Of a stretch of DNA of 64,000 bases, positions 1 through 32,477 are shown one piece after another; positions within the stretch are counted from its first letter, which is position 1, and each line of letters opens with the position of its first letter. Made by a program: the position numbers and the translations under genes. The DNA is from Tubulanus polymorphus (Eukaryota; Animalia; Nemertea), in the NCBI RefSeq assembly GCF_964204645.1, contig NC_134025.1:5952001-6016000 (forward strand), given 5' to 3'. The notes under the pieces are model-generated. The model worked only from the letters and a program-made list of their open reading frames with translations. It ran no database searches and had not been told where the DNA came from.

Positions 1-2375
1 GAGAAATGCATTTTCAAATTTACCTATTTGCTCTGCGTCTAACTAATTAACCATGATAATCGATTGTTACTTGCGATTTGCTCATTATAAACTTTCAAAA
101 AGATAACACATTGGCTTCTGAAACAGGTAGCACGTGGGCTTCTGTAGGTATGTTACACTTTGATTTCTTCTAAAATCCTTTCAAGATCGGGGATAACTTT
201 CCCTACTTTATTGTCCTTTAATGGTGTACTAATGAGATATGGCGACTACTAATTCCAGAGAAATAGGCCCTAGTCGACAAATTTTGAAATATTGACCCCA
301 TGAGGCATTACTCATTTTTTATTAAAAAAAGAACTGGCCCTAATACTTTTTGTTTTGGTGCCCTTTAATTTTTTATTTCATTTCATATGGTTTTTATATT
401 TTTAAAGTTATTTTTACCGCTATTGTGTAGTCTACTCTTTGCATGTTAACACGTAAAAACTGCTCCTGAAAATTGGAATCGTGTTCAGTTTTGTACATGT
501 TATGAAATGGAATATTTTGATTAGTGGCGCGATTCAGACACTGATAACCGTGATAACTGAGGCAGGACCGTTTAAATTATAATGCTGTACTGAATAAAAT
601 ACATGCTTTATCAAAGATTATTATGAAGAGCTATCATGCATGCGTCCAACTCCGCAGGGTATATGCTAACAAATCACATTTTACAAAGCTGCTGTGATAT
701 CGTTCTTCAATTCTGATGAAAGTCAACTCGCTAGAGCTGCCGTTTCGCGGAATATTTCGCTTTGATGTTCTTTCGTGTTCACTGTTTCGCACAATAAGTA
801 TCATTTCCAATATATATATGAAGGAAAAATGTTTATTTGATTTTGTGATAATCTAACGAAATTCATAATGCTGAATGTATTGACCATTTTGTTGAATGTA
901 CTTCATCCCGTCCTGATAACATGTCTTCACTAGGATCCATCGGCCTTTGCAACCTATCCATTAAGCCGTGAGGACAGGTATGATTAGCTTGCTCTTCCTA
1001 TTTATCGGAAACATGAACTCTTTCTTTTATAGTCCATGCTCCTGGAAACCCACCACCCCAAGTACCATTGAGTATGGGACGCAAACATATCTGTTATATC
1101 GATACATGTAGTCACCAGAGAACATCACTTATGACAGATATAGGATAGTAGTGCGAAGTAAATCATTGATGTGTAGCTATGACTGACTTGCACTTGTACC
1201 CACGCTCACGATTAGCTTCATTCGTTTATTTCACGTAGTCCGTGCACCGCGGCGTCGATGGTCGTTTTTTTCGAGCGACATAAGCAATTTCCGAAGGACA
1301 ATCGTGACAGTAAATGAGTTATACTAACTGCTAATACTCATGTACGGTAATACACACAGCTCGTCGTTTTCATCTATTAGATCTATCATTATTATCACTG
1401 ATTGAAATCCTCTGAAGTACACGTTCTCAATTTGAGATACATTAGCTGCAACATTCTCATCATCGACTACGGTGAATGTGTATATCACTTGCTAAGTTGT
1501 CATTAATGGGAAACTTGTTCCTTAATTGTTATGGTAATTCTATGACCATGAGATACATGTTGCGTCTATGTGCATCAACGCTGTCTTATTTTTTCATCCT
1601 ACTGGGTCACAAGCCGATCATTCCTGAAGATATATTAGGGCGACGATATTAACGATGCAATGGGAGTATGTATATACGTTTTTTTCATAATTCATGGAAG
1701 ATGATCCTTCGTGAAAAGTTAATTCGGTGCAATGCAATAATCGTGTTGACGTATAACGTTCAATAATTTCAGTTGTGTGGATAAATTTCTATGCTGAAAA
1801 ACTCTTATATTCCTGATTTGATAGTTGAATTATATAATCTATACATTTTAAAACTCCATTGCATTCAGAATGTATCAACTTATGATGGAGCTTTTGTTTT
1901 TCACTTTTATCGCTTAAACTCTTAATTTTTCACATATATACTCTCTGAGTATGTGCGTGTTGGTGTAACAAATGTTATTGTGACAGTGGATGGAATTAAA
2001 GAAGACATAAGTTATTGGTGTTCAGATGAGCTCAACATATGCCAGCATAGGCTTAACATTCTGAGACGTGAAACAAAGCTGATTATACTTGGGGTAATTT
2101 GAAAGCACATGTGTCCTATTAGTATTAATTGCCGACATTATTGTTGCCAATGTGAGCCGAATTAGGCGGATATGGATTTCGAAGAATTCCTTCGTTATTA
2201 CCAGAACTTAATTGCTATCCATGAGCTACTTCTCTTCTCCATATTCTAAGTGTTAAACCTATTCCTTACGAGGCTTTTGGCATCTTTTTTTTTAACGATG
2301 ATGTACGGGTCGAAATTAGATAGAAAGATATGCAAAGGATTTCAGGACCGGATGCTATTTCAGTAGATGATTTGA

Positions 2376-2656
2376 GGTGTGTTCAGACTATCACTAGTTA
2401 GACCGTAGCTGGAATGGGCCAAATTTGGAACGGACCAAATCAAGAGTGTGCGTTCACACACGCATTGCTAAATTGGCTACAGATAGTTATCACTGGCCCG
2501 CACGATGTTGCCATGAGTCCCTGGCTGTTATCTATGAAACAATCAATCTGGACACAGTCACATCAGTCGATGGTGAATTTAGAGCGGACCTGGAACCAGT
2601 TTAGTCCGTTCCAAAATTCAGAACATACCTAGATCACTTTTCGCTAGTGTGAACGC
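2376..2656. mobile_element. Degenerate non-autonomous DNA-transposon/MITE-like repeat (GTTCACAC...GTGTGAAC family)
   Basis: Shares motifs (gttcacac, ctagttag, ggaccaaatcaa, ttttcgct..gtgaa[c/t]gc) with 32050-32477; related fragments near 3070-3320 and 5820-6000. Confidence 0.5.
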
Positions 2657-3143
2657 TTAGTCCGTTCCAAATTGGAATGTTTCAGGACTCACTTGGAAAG
2701 GGTTAAGGCACTAAATGCACTTTACCAATATCAATCGCCAAGAGACTTTACACCCTGAAAATTTTCAAGTTGAAGTCTTGGGGTGTGTTAGAATAAATAT
2801 TTAACTCCTTTACAGCATGTGTGATCGATATTTGCTCAAAATCCTTTGGTCGCAGTTCGCTGTGTGTTGAATAACGTATGTTTCAGTAAAACGAGGAGCA
2901 GATGAAATGAACTTGTAATCTAAATCCTATATTCACTAATCAATAGCTTTTTCTAATAGTCCTTCCTCTGTCAGCAACATATGCTGTCTGTTTATTCGCG
3001 GTGTTGGTTGAAATATTATTATTTTCTGGCTACCCCCTATTTTGAAATGTTTGAAGGTCTAGAGCAATAATCACTGACCCAGGCCAAATTTATGGCCGTG
3101 CTATGATAGACCAACTGTTCTTACTTGCCTGTTTGGAATTGGC

Positions 3144-3813
3144 TTAACTAAAAAATTTTGGACAGGGACAGGCCAAATTTTAGAACGGGTCACATAATTG
3201 AACTGTGTGAATGCTAATTTGTTGTTTCTGGAAGTGACGTTGCGTTGTTCTATAGGGTGAGTGATATACTGTGAATGCACTTTTTAGTGGCTAAGATTTG
3301 GCTGAGGTCTAGTGCGGACCAGTTTGATCTTTGATAACACAAATTGAAATCTGATTTAAATCCATATTTAGATGAATCATATCCAATTAATTTTCAATTG
3401 GACGACGAGATCAACTACTTTTAAACCACAATTGTGGAACTGGTTCTACTTAATTATGTTGTTGTATTGACATTGTTACATTAACTAAAAAATTTTGGAC
3501 AGGGACAGGCCAAATTTTAGAACGGGTCACATAATTGAACTGTGTGAATGCTAATTTGTTGTTTCTGGAAGTGACGTTGCGTTGTTCTATAGGGTGAGTG
3601 ATATACTGTGAATGCACTTTTTAGTGGCTAAGATTTGGCTGAGGTCTAGTGCGGACCAGTTTGATCTTTGATAACACAAATTGAAATCTGATTTAAATCC
3701 ATATTTAGATGAATCATATCCAATTAATTTTCAATTGGACGACGAGATCAACTACTTTTAAACCACAATTGTGGAACTGGTTCTACTTAATTATGTTGTT
3801 GTATTGACATTGT
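3144..3813 (+). repeat. Near-perfect tandem duplication, 2 x ~335 bp
   Basis: 3144-3476 is repeated at 3481-3813 (ttaactaaaaattttggacaggg ... gtattgacattgt). Confidence 0.92.
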
Positions 3814-4489
3814 CACATTCATTTATATATTTCATTTTCGTTATTGGCAACCCGTGTTTGAATTCTACCAATTTGCACATATGATATTTGGTGTTAGTTT
3901 TCTATATAATACAAGCTCATACCATTTGGATAAAAGAACACAATATTATATCTTTCCCGTGAAAAATACTCCACATTTTGCACATGCTATTTAATGGTTG
4001 AAATGTAACAGGAGAATGTTTTGCCGGATGTATTTTGAGAAACAAATTCTGCTAGATTCAGTGTTATTATTGTGCATGTCTATCGAACCTTGGATGCTTG
4101 GAAGAAATTTATTAGACATCATTTACGGTGCAGTGCTATGTTATTATGTTAAGCTCTCCTAGTAGACATCCTTTCTTTTTCCTGCTAGGTTTTCGACTGA
4201 TCTCAGTCATGGCAATGAATATCTTAGATGAATAATCCTTGACGCATCAATGTTATAGATTCCTCCTTCCACATGATGTCACCTAAGTCTAAAACAAAAA
4301 ATGGACATTATGGATTTTGGGAAAATGTTGCAAAGCTATTGTCCCAGCGAATGAGTAAAATAACCAGCTCATTGGTTTTTTGGGCTTATGTTACAAGACC
4401 CTTATTTTCATACTATCTGCCTGTATATCTTGTCTTTCAGCTACTTTGCTTCATTAATAGTGGGTTGATCTCGATGAAACCAGGGTACA

Positions 4490-4756
4490 GGGTTAGTATG
4501 GAGGTCTAGTTGTGCAGTGCAATGTTCCCAGTGCGCCACCTAGCGACAGAACTAGGCACTAAAAACTCTGTTTTCACTCACATGACCTTTAAGATGACCT
4601 CAACTGAGGAGAGGGGTCCAAATTCAAAAAGTTGTCTTGACAAAATTTAAATATTGGCCGTGGGTGCAACATATACTAAATGCAATGGGAACTAACGCAT
4701 GGTAATTTCAGAGTTCGAGCCTGAACCCGACAACTGTTGTCATTTGTGGCTTGTTG
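4490..4756 (+). repeat. Dispersed repeat, copy 1
   Basis: agtatgg.ggtctagttg ... aaattcaaaaa.ttgtcttgac ... aaatgcaatgggaactaacgcatggtaatttc.gagttcgagcct ... tggcttgtt is shared with 13490-13677. Confidence 0.8.
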
Positions 4757-5453
4757 TATTCATTTCCGAATAGTGTAATCCTAAAAGATTATCTTCAACC
4801 TCAGCTGCTTCTGATCATCCGAGTTATTAGATTGCTTTAAGAAAGATTGTTTAAGGAAAACATGCAAACAGTGTCACTTATCATGATCTTTCGTATCGAT
4901 CCTATTATTCATCATACATTCAGAGATTTTCAGTGAATTGAGAAAATGAGGGACAAATAATTTGACCTGTGTGAGCTGTAAGTTTCCGTGTCATTATTCT
5001 TCTGAAGCCTTCCTCCGTAGACATTGAGTTCGTGTGACTTCTTTAAACGTCATCCTTTTTGTTCCTCGAGGAAAAAAAGAATTATGCTATCGCGCAGCTC
5101 TTCTTCTACAAAGCTACTTAAACTCCGATTGATAATAACTTGCTTCGGTACCTATGTGCAGCAGATGAACCGACATAAATATCAGAAATATACCTGCACA
5201 TATAGCTTAATATAATATTCTTTATCCCAATGTCAATTTTCTGACGGACAGACATCGATATTGATTTCACGGTAAGTTTTTATCCGTATAGCAATTTCGA
5301 TGGTATCGAATTCGATGATGATGGACTCAGTCTGGCAGAAACCTGAATTTAATACTAGATATCCTATCGGTTTGCACCTGCATGTCTTAGCTATATATCA
5401 GATTCCTATTCTACAGATTGATCTCTAATATATATGAAAAAGATAATGAATGG

Positions 5454-5486
5454 GAGAGAGGAGAGAGAGAGGAGAGAGAGAGAGAG
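5454..5486. repeat. (GA)n microsatellite, interrupted
   Basis: Direct reading. Confidence 0.85.
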
Positions 5487-8400
5487 TGTACGTGTTCAGG
5501 AACTGATTCAGAAGATAATTTAGTCAACGGCACTGGTAGAAAAAATGTCGAATTGTGGACATGAAATTGGTAACCCAAGAGCTCAACTTGCATACCCAGT
5601 CACCCTAGACTATAGAAAACGAGCCCCTTACCTATGGTCTATGCAATTACTAACAGATATTTCACTAAGAAAAATATATCTAATATCTATCTATGGAAGG
5701 AAAGAAGAGCCATATACAAAGGTTATGGAAGATAGGCTTAGGCAAATCGGAATTAGAATTATTTTGTTTACTTGAATCAAAATATATTCCTTATTTATCC
5801 ATCCTACTTTATAGTTAAATTTGGCCCATGCCTAATTGGAAAGCGGGTTCACACATAAACCACTCACTCATACTAAACAATGCTTAAACAAAGCATAACT
5901 GTAAACAATTGCTATGATTTGACCTGTGGTAAAATTTGACTCGGGCCTGGTCCGACTTTTTTGTCTGGCAAAATAGGCATGGGCCCATTTGGCAAAATAC
6001 TTGTGTAATCGCGGATTGTACAGTTTTTATTTCTAACTGAATGGGGAAATTTCAATATCTGACCGGAATGTTACACGCGACAGTCCGAGTGAACCTACCG
6101 TTGATACTGAATTCAAGTAATCTCTAATCTCTGCGAGTTTCCTTCATTCCTTTATCAATATCTGTACTAGAAACAGGGATCGAAGGTAATGAGGTTATTA
6201 ATGAAGCATCGATGAAATATGGATTTAAAGATGCTCCGTTGGATCCATTGCAACTGGGAGAGGAAACAACGGCGATAATATGAGAAATTGTCTTGATCAT
6301 ATACATATCATACATATATCCATCTTCATATATATATATAAACAGTGATTGAATTGGTATTGGATGTTGGTGTATACCACTTCGTGCCATAGTGAACAGA
6401 AATTCAGCCTCATGCGCCAGGGTATCAGGTACTTATCGCCATATATTGGAGAGAGAAGTTATCAACGAAATTGCATTATGGTGTAATGCAATTTGACACT
6501 ATGTTACCATATACATTTATGTATAGATATAGATGTGCTGTTGATGTTGTCAGAGTGGATATTTCATCAAAGGCTTGTTCCCGGCAAGCGTGGACATCTT
6601 GCATTGTATCGATGTGGAAATTCATTTCCTTAATCTTAACAACGACAAATTCAGCGATGAATCGAATTAATTCATTCAATAAGCCACCATTAGCAAACTG
6701 CCGGCCTTCTATCATTGACAAGGATACAATTGTCTGCGGTTTAATAGTTTCAGATAGACTGACTGATCCTGTTTTTTATTTCGTCCCGACAATGATTTAA
6801 AATCTATGGTTTGAATTGAATAATTCGATACTTAATTGTCCTTTTGAAACTTAACACAATGCGCCATGTGATTTTAACAACCCGGATTCATATCCAACAT
6901 CTATGTCGCCCACCCATCTATCGATAACATCCTCAGTACTGGTCTGACCTTTTGTTCAGACAGTTCTGCTGACGTCCTATGACATTTTCTAGCTCGCGGC
7001 ATAAAATTTTTTATTTTTAATCCTGACGCAGTTTGCACCTAGCGTCGGGATACATTTACTTAGGTTACATCGATTTCACATCGATTGCCGAGTAAAATAA
7101 GTCAACAGCCAATAAAAAGTCAATATTGAAATCGATTCATAGCTTAAGGTCATTTAAATATTTGCATATTTCCTTTTCTTTCATATCTCCGTAATGGGTA
7201 TTGATATATTGTGGATTGTTAATTACGTTTTGACTGTGTCCATCACCTACAGTGTTATTGCTTACATCGGTAAACTACGCCTTGTATTGTCGGCTTTCAT
7301 ATTTGCACTTACTTAGATTTCGAATATGTAAAGGTTAGAATTCTCTTACAGTCGGTGTAAAAATCAACCAATGGAATAGTATTTCAACGAAACCGCATCT
7401 TATCATCTATTTTATGATGTCTGGGTGGTATATCCCTAAGCTATAACTATTACAGTTGCATGCTGCGTAATTCAATTTGATTGTCTTGATTTCATTCAAT
7501 AAATACTTCATCTGCTTTCAGCATCGCGAAATATTTCATGTTCGAATAATTAAATTTCCGCGAATATCGATTTCTGATTTCGAGCTAAAGTGTTTACCTT
7601 GGTGAAATCAAGGAGAAAAAAATGACAACGAATGTATACGGCTCGGCGCTTCTGACTGTCACTGGTTTCACTATTGGTAAAAACTCGGAAATACTTCCCG
7701 ATTTCTATTGAGATGAATATGGTTTTTCGATTCGGCGTCAATTCTGACCAAACCGTCAGATGGAATAGGGCAGCACTTCGATCAATAAGAGTGCGTGGAT
7801 GAAAAATTGCTTCAACTGTAGATGAAAACGAGAAAACTAACTTGAAAGTTTGTTGACGCCTTCAAAAAATGTATTGCTTAAATAAATGAATATGATATAA
7901 ATTATATAGCCTAATATTAATGATCTGTAAAGTAATTTCTGATTTGGACATCTATAATTGAATTGAATTGACTGGCAACCAGTCTAACCCTGATATATTG
8001 ATGAGGAAATGCACATCGTCTCAAAAATAATTATGAATTGAAATTATTAAAATCCATCAAAAACAAAAGGGTCATGAAATATATTTAGTTATAAGATAAA
8101 CGCCATGATTCGTAATTGTTATTTTGAAATGCCAATATTGATGACGTATGTCATGTTTTTTATGACGTCAAAAAGACACTTTTTGCCGTCTTACTAATGT
8201 ACATTAGGAAACGGACGTTATTCATTTTATTTCGGTGAAGTTTTGGTTTTCTTACAAATTTGAAATGTAGCCCTCGACCTTATTGAAGAAATGGTCTCGA
8301 TAGACTTAGAAATCAAGAGAATATCAAGAGAATTCATGTAAAATGTCCCTAGAGTGACCACGAGCATTTGGTCGATACTAGAATGAACTCATGTTCAAAT

Positions 8401-10860
8401 ATCACGGGTTCCTCCGAGTTATAGTAGTAAATAATCATTAATTTCCCGGTGAACTATAGCGTAATGAAATTCTCGATTTTATCAAAGAAATAATGGAGTT
8501 GATCGTGGAAGCATAAGAGAACACTATCGGCGTGATTGTATTACGATGATGCATCGTATAATTTCACTGCTGTTTGTCGAGTAATTGTTGATGGAAATGA
8601 AATACCGTCGATATATATCGAGTTGTGTGTCTATATATGCCTGCGATTCAGTAAGGAAAGTTTGTTTTATAATCACTAAGAAATGATAAGACCGGGTTAT
8701 GACCTTATTGCTGCTACCACCATTCAGGTTTCGATACTGGTGACAAAAGAAATGCAAAATGTTTGATAATTTCATCTTATCGAAATAGAGACAGTCTTGG
8801 TACGGCGTACGATTTTTTTCCTATTTGATCAGTTTCCATCGTTGTAATTTGACGCCGGAGTCTACTTGTAACCTTGACCTTGGATGCTGCGTAAGCACGC
8901 ATTAATCAATCATAGGCCACTGGAGCAGCACAAGAACTGTGCGAGTCTGACAACCAATGAATATAAATACTGCCCATAAAATGACGCACAAATTCAAACT
9001 GGAGTGCCTTGTTTCCTACCCCCGTACAGCAATAGCATATTATAAAGTCTGTGAATTGACAGTCTGCTGAAATGTCATGCTGCTTGATTGGTGTCATGAC
9101 GAGATTTTAACTCGTGCGAGTCAGTCTACAAATTGATACGCAGTCTTGCAGTATTCGAATGGTTTCAAATGTGCAATAGTATTAGAGTAGACCAGCTCCA
9201 TTATTTACAATTACCATGGTAGATGCGATGATGATAGTAAAATGGATGGTGGCATTGTCCTCTGGATTACGTCTGAAAGATGGATTAGATCGTTTTTATG
9301 AATGAGTGAGAGTGACATGTTTACCGGTCAAGTTAGCGGCAACTGTAATCTTTTGCCTTCTTATCGTTTAACTCATGTGCCCCATTGCTTATCGAGACCC
9401 AGTCTTTGAGGAAACCGTTAGAATTGTCTCTTCCTTAAGAGTTTCAAAAATTTTTGATGTTTGGTCATCCTCAAGTTAGGCTCTAGATAATTCTGAATGG
9501 CTACCTCATCATTTAAATTTTTGCGTGGATATTCGATATGCTGCTGCATTTGGGTATGTCTTGAGGAATGAATCCGGGTCCTTTCGTTACATTTCAATCA
9601 TTGATTTGTTGGGATTATTTCACTTAACATGCAATGGGAGACCAAGCATTCTTGGAATTTCTCGCGAGGCATTTTAGCCATGGTGCCATTAACATTCTGT
9701 GTAATAATATTCCCTTGTAAAAGGGGCTGTGTTTCAGCATCATGGAGTGTAATGTGATTGTAATGTTTACTGAACTAATGGCCTGTAGCTCTTCACGCTG
9801 CCTCGTCATCTGTGCTGTTGAAGATATGCAAATGGAGAAAAAGTCTAGCTTCAGTGATGTAGAGGAAGTGCTCGCTGACATAGAGAAGCCCGAAGAGGAA
9901 GCGCTGATTTTATGGTTACTTGCAATTTGGTTACAATTATGGAAGATGATGTGTTAAGTGACAAGCATTGATTATTGAAGTGGTCGATGAGAAAATTATT
10001 GAATCCCCTGCGAAGATTTGGATATTGTATATGTTTCATGATAGCTAAAAAAGAAGTGATATGAGGCAATATCTAGTGATGTTATTTAGGGAGTATTTGG
10101 ATGACTTTTCGACGACCCATATCCATTCTGCATCGATAATTTTGAGTTCCATGCAAGATTGCCTTGTTAAATACCAATCATTTCCACCAGAGATTCCCTG
10201 CTAAGCCCATTTATAAACCTCAACGCAACACGAAATAGCCAAGAATCTTTATTAGATGATTGCTCTCTCGCTAAGTAAACAGCGCCTGTTCCTGACAGCT
10301 CATAATACAGGTGTAATCATCATACACACACACATATTAAAATTAGCTGGGATTGAAATGGAAAGCAGGTCCACCTATAGTTGGGGGGATAAGGATGATT
10401 GATTCGGGTGAAGGCAAATGAGAATCCCAGCAGAATTATGTAACGCAAGAACAAAAACCAGTCGCACATTAGTTCTAGCTACGAGCAATTATCTCGTAGG
10501 TTCTAGTTATCATAGTTGGTAACTGTGGCAATCTAGGATCCACTAGGTGTGCTAGTGTCCCGTTAGTCCCGCACTCGTAATTCCATTTTGGATCAAACTA
10601 ATATACGATGAGTGAATCCATAATTGATTACAAAAATGCCAAACTGATACTGAAAATAAACTACTATCTGATACCTTCTAGCTAGCAATCTGGTCCTGCC
10701 AATTCCCCAATGATACAATCTGTTTCTATTTGTGAACAGTCTTTGGATATGTTTTACATTAACTTCGTTGTAGACATTACATCTGCGTCATTTACATTCA
10801 TTGGTTTCTGACTCTTCAAATCCTAATATGTTAATGGTTGGTGACGTTTTATCATTTCAG

Positions 10861-28932
<18,072 letters not shown>

Positions 28933-31900
28933 CGCTGCACCGTTCGTTCATATAAACAAGATCCTTACTGCTGCTCACACACATCAGTCTTCGCTCGATT
29001 TATCAACATTAATTGCTTGTATTGTTGCACTGTTAATCGATGATTATTGTTAACACTCTTTATCCAGTTGAAACCATTTCGACGTTTTTCCCTGATAGTG
29101 GAACAAAATCTAATACCGGATCTGTGTTAAAGAGTGTGCGTCCTTCACTTTATGCTTGTTAACTTACAGTGATGATTACTATCATTAGTATTATTATTAT
29201 CATTATCATTATTAATATTATTTATGTACCTTAACAATGATTATTTTAGAGGAGCTGCATTTCATGTGTATTTTTCATGTATTGATTATTGATAATTGAC
29301 ACAATTATGAGCATGAGAATGGTTGATAATCTTCTAGGTCCTATATTAGATTTCATTTTAACGTTTGTATCGGAGAGAGCTGTTTTTGATATGGAGTTGA
29401 TTTTTTGAATATAACTTCAGCTTTCTCCGAGATGGTTTGCCATCGCATTATCATGCGATGTTGCATATTCTTCTAATTCATGTTTGCATGGTCAGATGAC
29501 ATTGGTAACTACTTAGATAAATAAATTAAGTAAATTCATCTAATCGTGGAATGCAGACTCAAAATGTAACCTAGCAACCATAATCATCCTGATCGCACTC
29601 TTTTGCTGATGAACTTCCCGCAGACCTCATTCCAAACCATAAATGCACTACCGACATAAGACCAACTACCAATTTCTTCCAGATTAGCATTATTATTATT
29701 ATTATTACTATTATTATTATCATTATTAATATTATGTACCCGATACTTAGTCTAGTTGACATTAGGTTTAGTAATTTCATAGTTGGTATTTCTCTTGCAG
29801 CCAAATTATGATGTATCTAGTATTCCGATACATGTAGAACCAGACAAAATCCAAATGTACTCCAAAATCAGATCACATGATGTATTCATGATATACAAGT
29901 AAACTGCAGCTTTCCAGAAAACTTCATATTGAAAATCATTGATTGAAAATTATCATTCTTCCTTTCATCCTGGTTATTAAAATCATGTATAATGCATGCC
30001 AAAATAACAAAGTAAGCATGGTTTTGCATGTCGACACATTCAATGATATCAGTTATAGATAGATAAGTTTTGAAACAAAATGTGTATTCAGTAAATCTTG
30101 AGATAAATCGTGCATATTTATTATGCTTTGGTTGAATGATTGTACTTATAAATCTTTGAAATTGTTTGAGATCAATGGTGAAAACTCAATTTTAGTGATT
30201 AATTTGAAAAGTAGGTTTTCATTCATTCAGCTACTCTACCCCTATATAGATGTATCTAAGTATACAATCTAATGAATGCTCTCCACAAGCGCACTGCTCA
30301 GAATTTTTCATTTAATCGGGGTATTCACTTAAAAGCTACCACACTTACAATGTTCACACTATGTGACCCTCGCATGAGCCCTGACCAAAGCGCCAGCTAG
30401 CTACCATCGCTTGTGCTCCAAAATGACCGCTGCGTTCTTCTCTGTACTCTACCATTCCTTGCACATTAAACATCGAGTCAACTGTCTCCACCAAACCTAG
30501 CACCTAAATTAAATACATCTCGATTTATCATGAATACTTGTTCTCTCCTACCTAACTGTTTCAATCCATCTAACAAACAATGTCCAGTCTCCAAACAACT
30601 CCTTGATACAGGTCGCTGTTCTACAATGCATGTTTGTAGAAGAAGGGCCAATCATAGATGTACATGTATAATATGATAATAACTCTGTATTACATGCCCC
30701 ATGAGAGGCATCATATTCATATGTTACTGTTGATATCATATAAAGAAAGGTAATGGACTAATGTGAATGAGCCATCAGTGTAAATTGTACATTTGAATGT
30801 ATAACAGATGCTGATATCATGTTCCACTGCACTGACAGTGGCATTCAGAAGATGAATCTCCATATGCGGATGAAGTAAAAATTGATGCTAGATTATGAGC
30901 TACAATTTGCTAAACTCTCCTAATCAAATGGATGAATTTTCTTAGTTGACCATTAATGAATCGTATGAACATCTCTTCTACGTATTACTGATAATAGTGA
31001 AGGGTTTGGTGTGGTAATGTTGATCTCTGATAAAATAGATATGAGGGTTTGTTGTGTACATAGATGTAACCTGCGTATGCGCGATGCGTTTTTACATTCC
31101 GCGTGCTGATCTACGATCCTGCATGTTTTAAAAGGGACATAAATCCATTGGAACTAGTGATACTGATTCAGCTATCTCATTTATCTCATATATCTAGTTA
31201 TGGAACATCCCACGGAAAGCCAGCAGCAAGCTCTTGGAGTCCGCCACTATCAGACAGAACAGAAGTCAAACCACCTCCCAGGTTGTTAACATGCGTTATA
31301 TGCCTTTATTTTCAGTGTTCCCCTCGGTTTACTTGAAGAGCTCTTCAATATCTGATTACCTTAGAGTGCCACAACTTTATATTGGAAATCCCTCCATCCG
31401 AGATGCCTTGAATCCAAAATGTCCTTATCATACCTTAGTGATACATAGCTTTGGCATGTTTAATTCTTAAGATATTAAAGTTCCAAGAATTAATCGTTAA
31501 TTATATGATTCCCCGGTGCTAGAGACTTGTGAGATACTGTTGTTTCGTGCTCTATGTAAGAAAGCTTTGGGGAACACCGGTCTATTGTCACCTATGTTAC
31601 TATCCTCTGTTCTTACCAATATGTACATTTTTGATTAATCAAATCATATTATTCCTCCTTTGTTCTTAAAATATTTGTTTGCATTATGTTGTGTAACACA
31701 TATTATCATAATCATTAAGTCATTCATTATTTCTGACTTATTTCAAATTTGTGTTACTCATAAAGCGGTTTCTTCGTTTCCATCATTTGAATTATTGAAT
31801 ACCGGCAAATAGATACGGTTATTGGAATATTCTATTATTGTAGATATTTCATGTTGACATAAATCACTGTCCTTATTTACAGATTTTCTCTCATTTGTTC

Positions 31901-32049
31901 CTGTTATCATAAGTCTTAAACCGTTCTGTTTAGAATATGAATAATCACTTTTTGCCTCACCTCCTGACCCATACCAGGTAGGATTCCCTTTAAGACATAT
32001 TTACACCAATAAGCTGGTGTGACAACCATCAGGTCACTGACTTGAACCA

Positions 32050-32477
32050 TGTTCACACTATTGCTAGTTAGCCTGTTATAATTTGGCCAGTACCTGGAAC
32101 CTTGGAGTAATCAGACTGATTGCTCCAAGCTGGGACAGACCTAGTTAGAATGGACCAAATCAATAACTGTGATCACACAAGCGTTTTTGGGCCAAAACAA
32201 TGGTTCACACGTCGGACCATGCCTGAGCCAAATGATCGTATTTGAATTGCGACTGGTTCTGGAAATGACTTACTTTGCTTTAAGCATTATTTAGTATCAA
32301 GTGAGTGGTTGTCGAGCGAGCGCGCTATCTAATTTGGCACGGGCCGAATTTGACTCTGGCCTAGTCTGTGCCTATTCGGCTCGGACCAAGTCATCTCAGT
32401 GTGATCGCGGCTTAAATTGGTTAGTTCCTATATAGAATGGGCCAATTTAGGACGGACTTTTCGCTGGAGTGAATGCT
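32050..32477. mobile_element. Second copy of the same MITE-like family
   Basis: Starts tgttcacactatt and ends gagtgaatgc (imperfect inverted ends); internal GGCCAAAT/ATTTGGC motifs; similar to 2376-2656. Confidence 0.5.

Noticed and set aside
6124-6800. Cluster of 81-109-aa ORFs on both strands
   Set aside because: No motif or homology recognised and no consistent splice model.
9624-10069. Overlapping short ORFs suggesting a nested gene
   Set aside because: No frame extends convincingly and no family is recognised.
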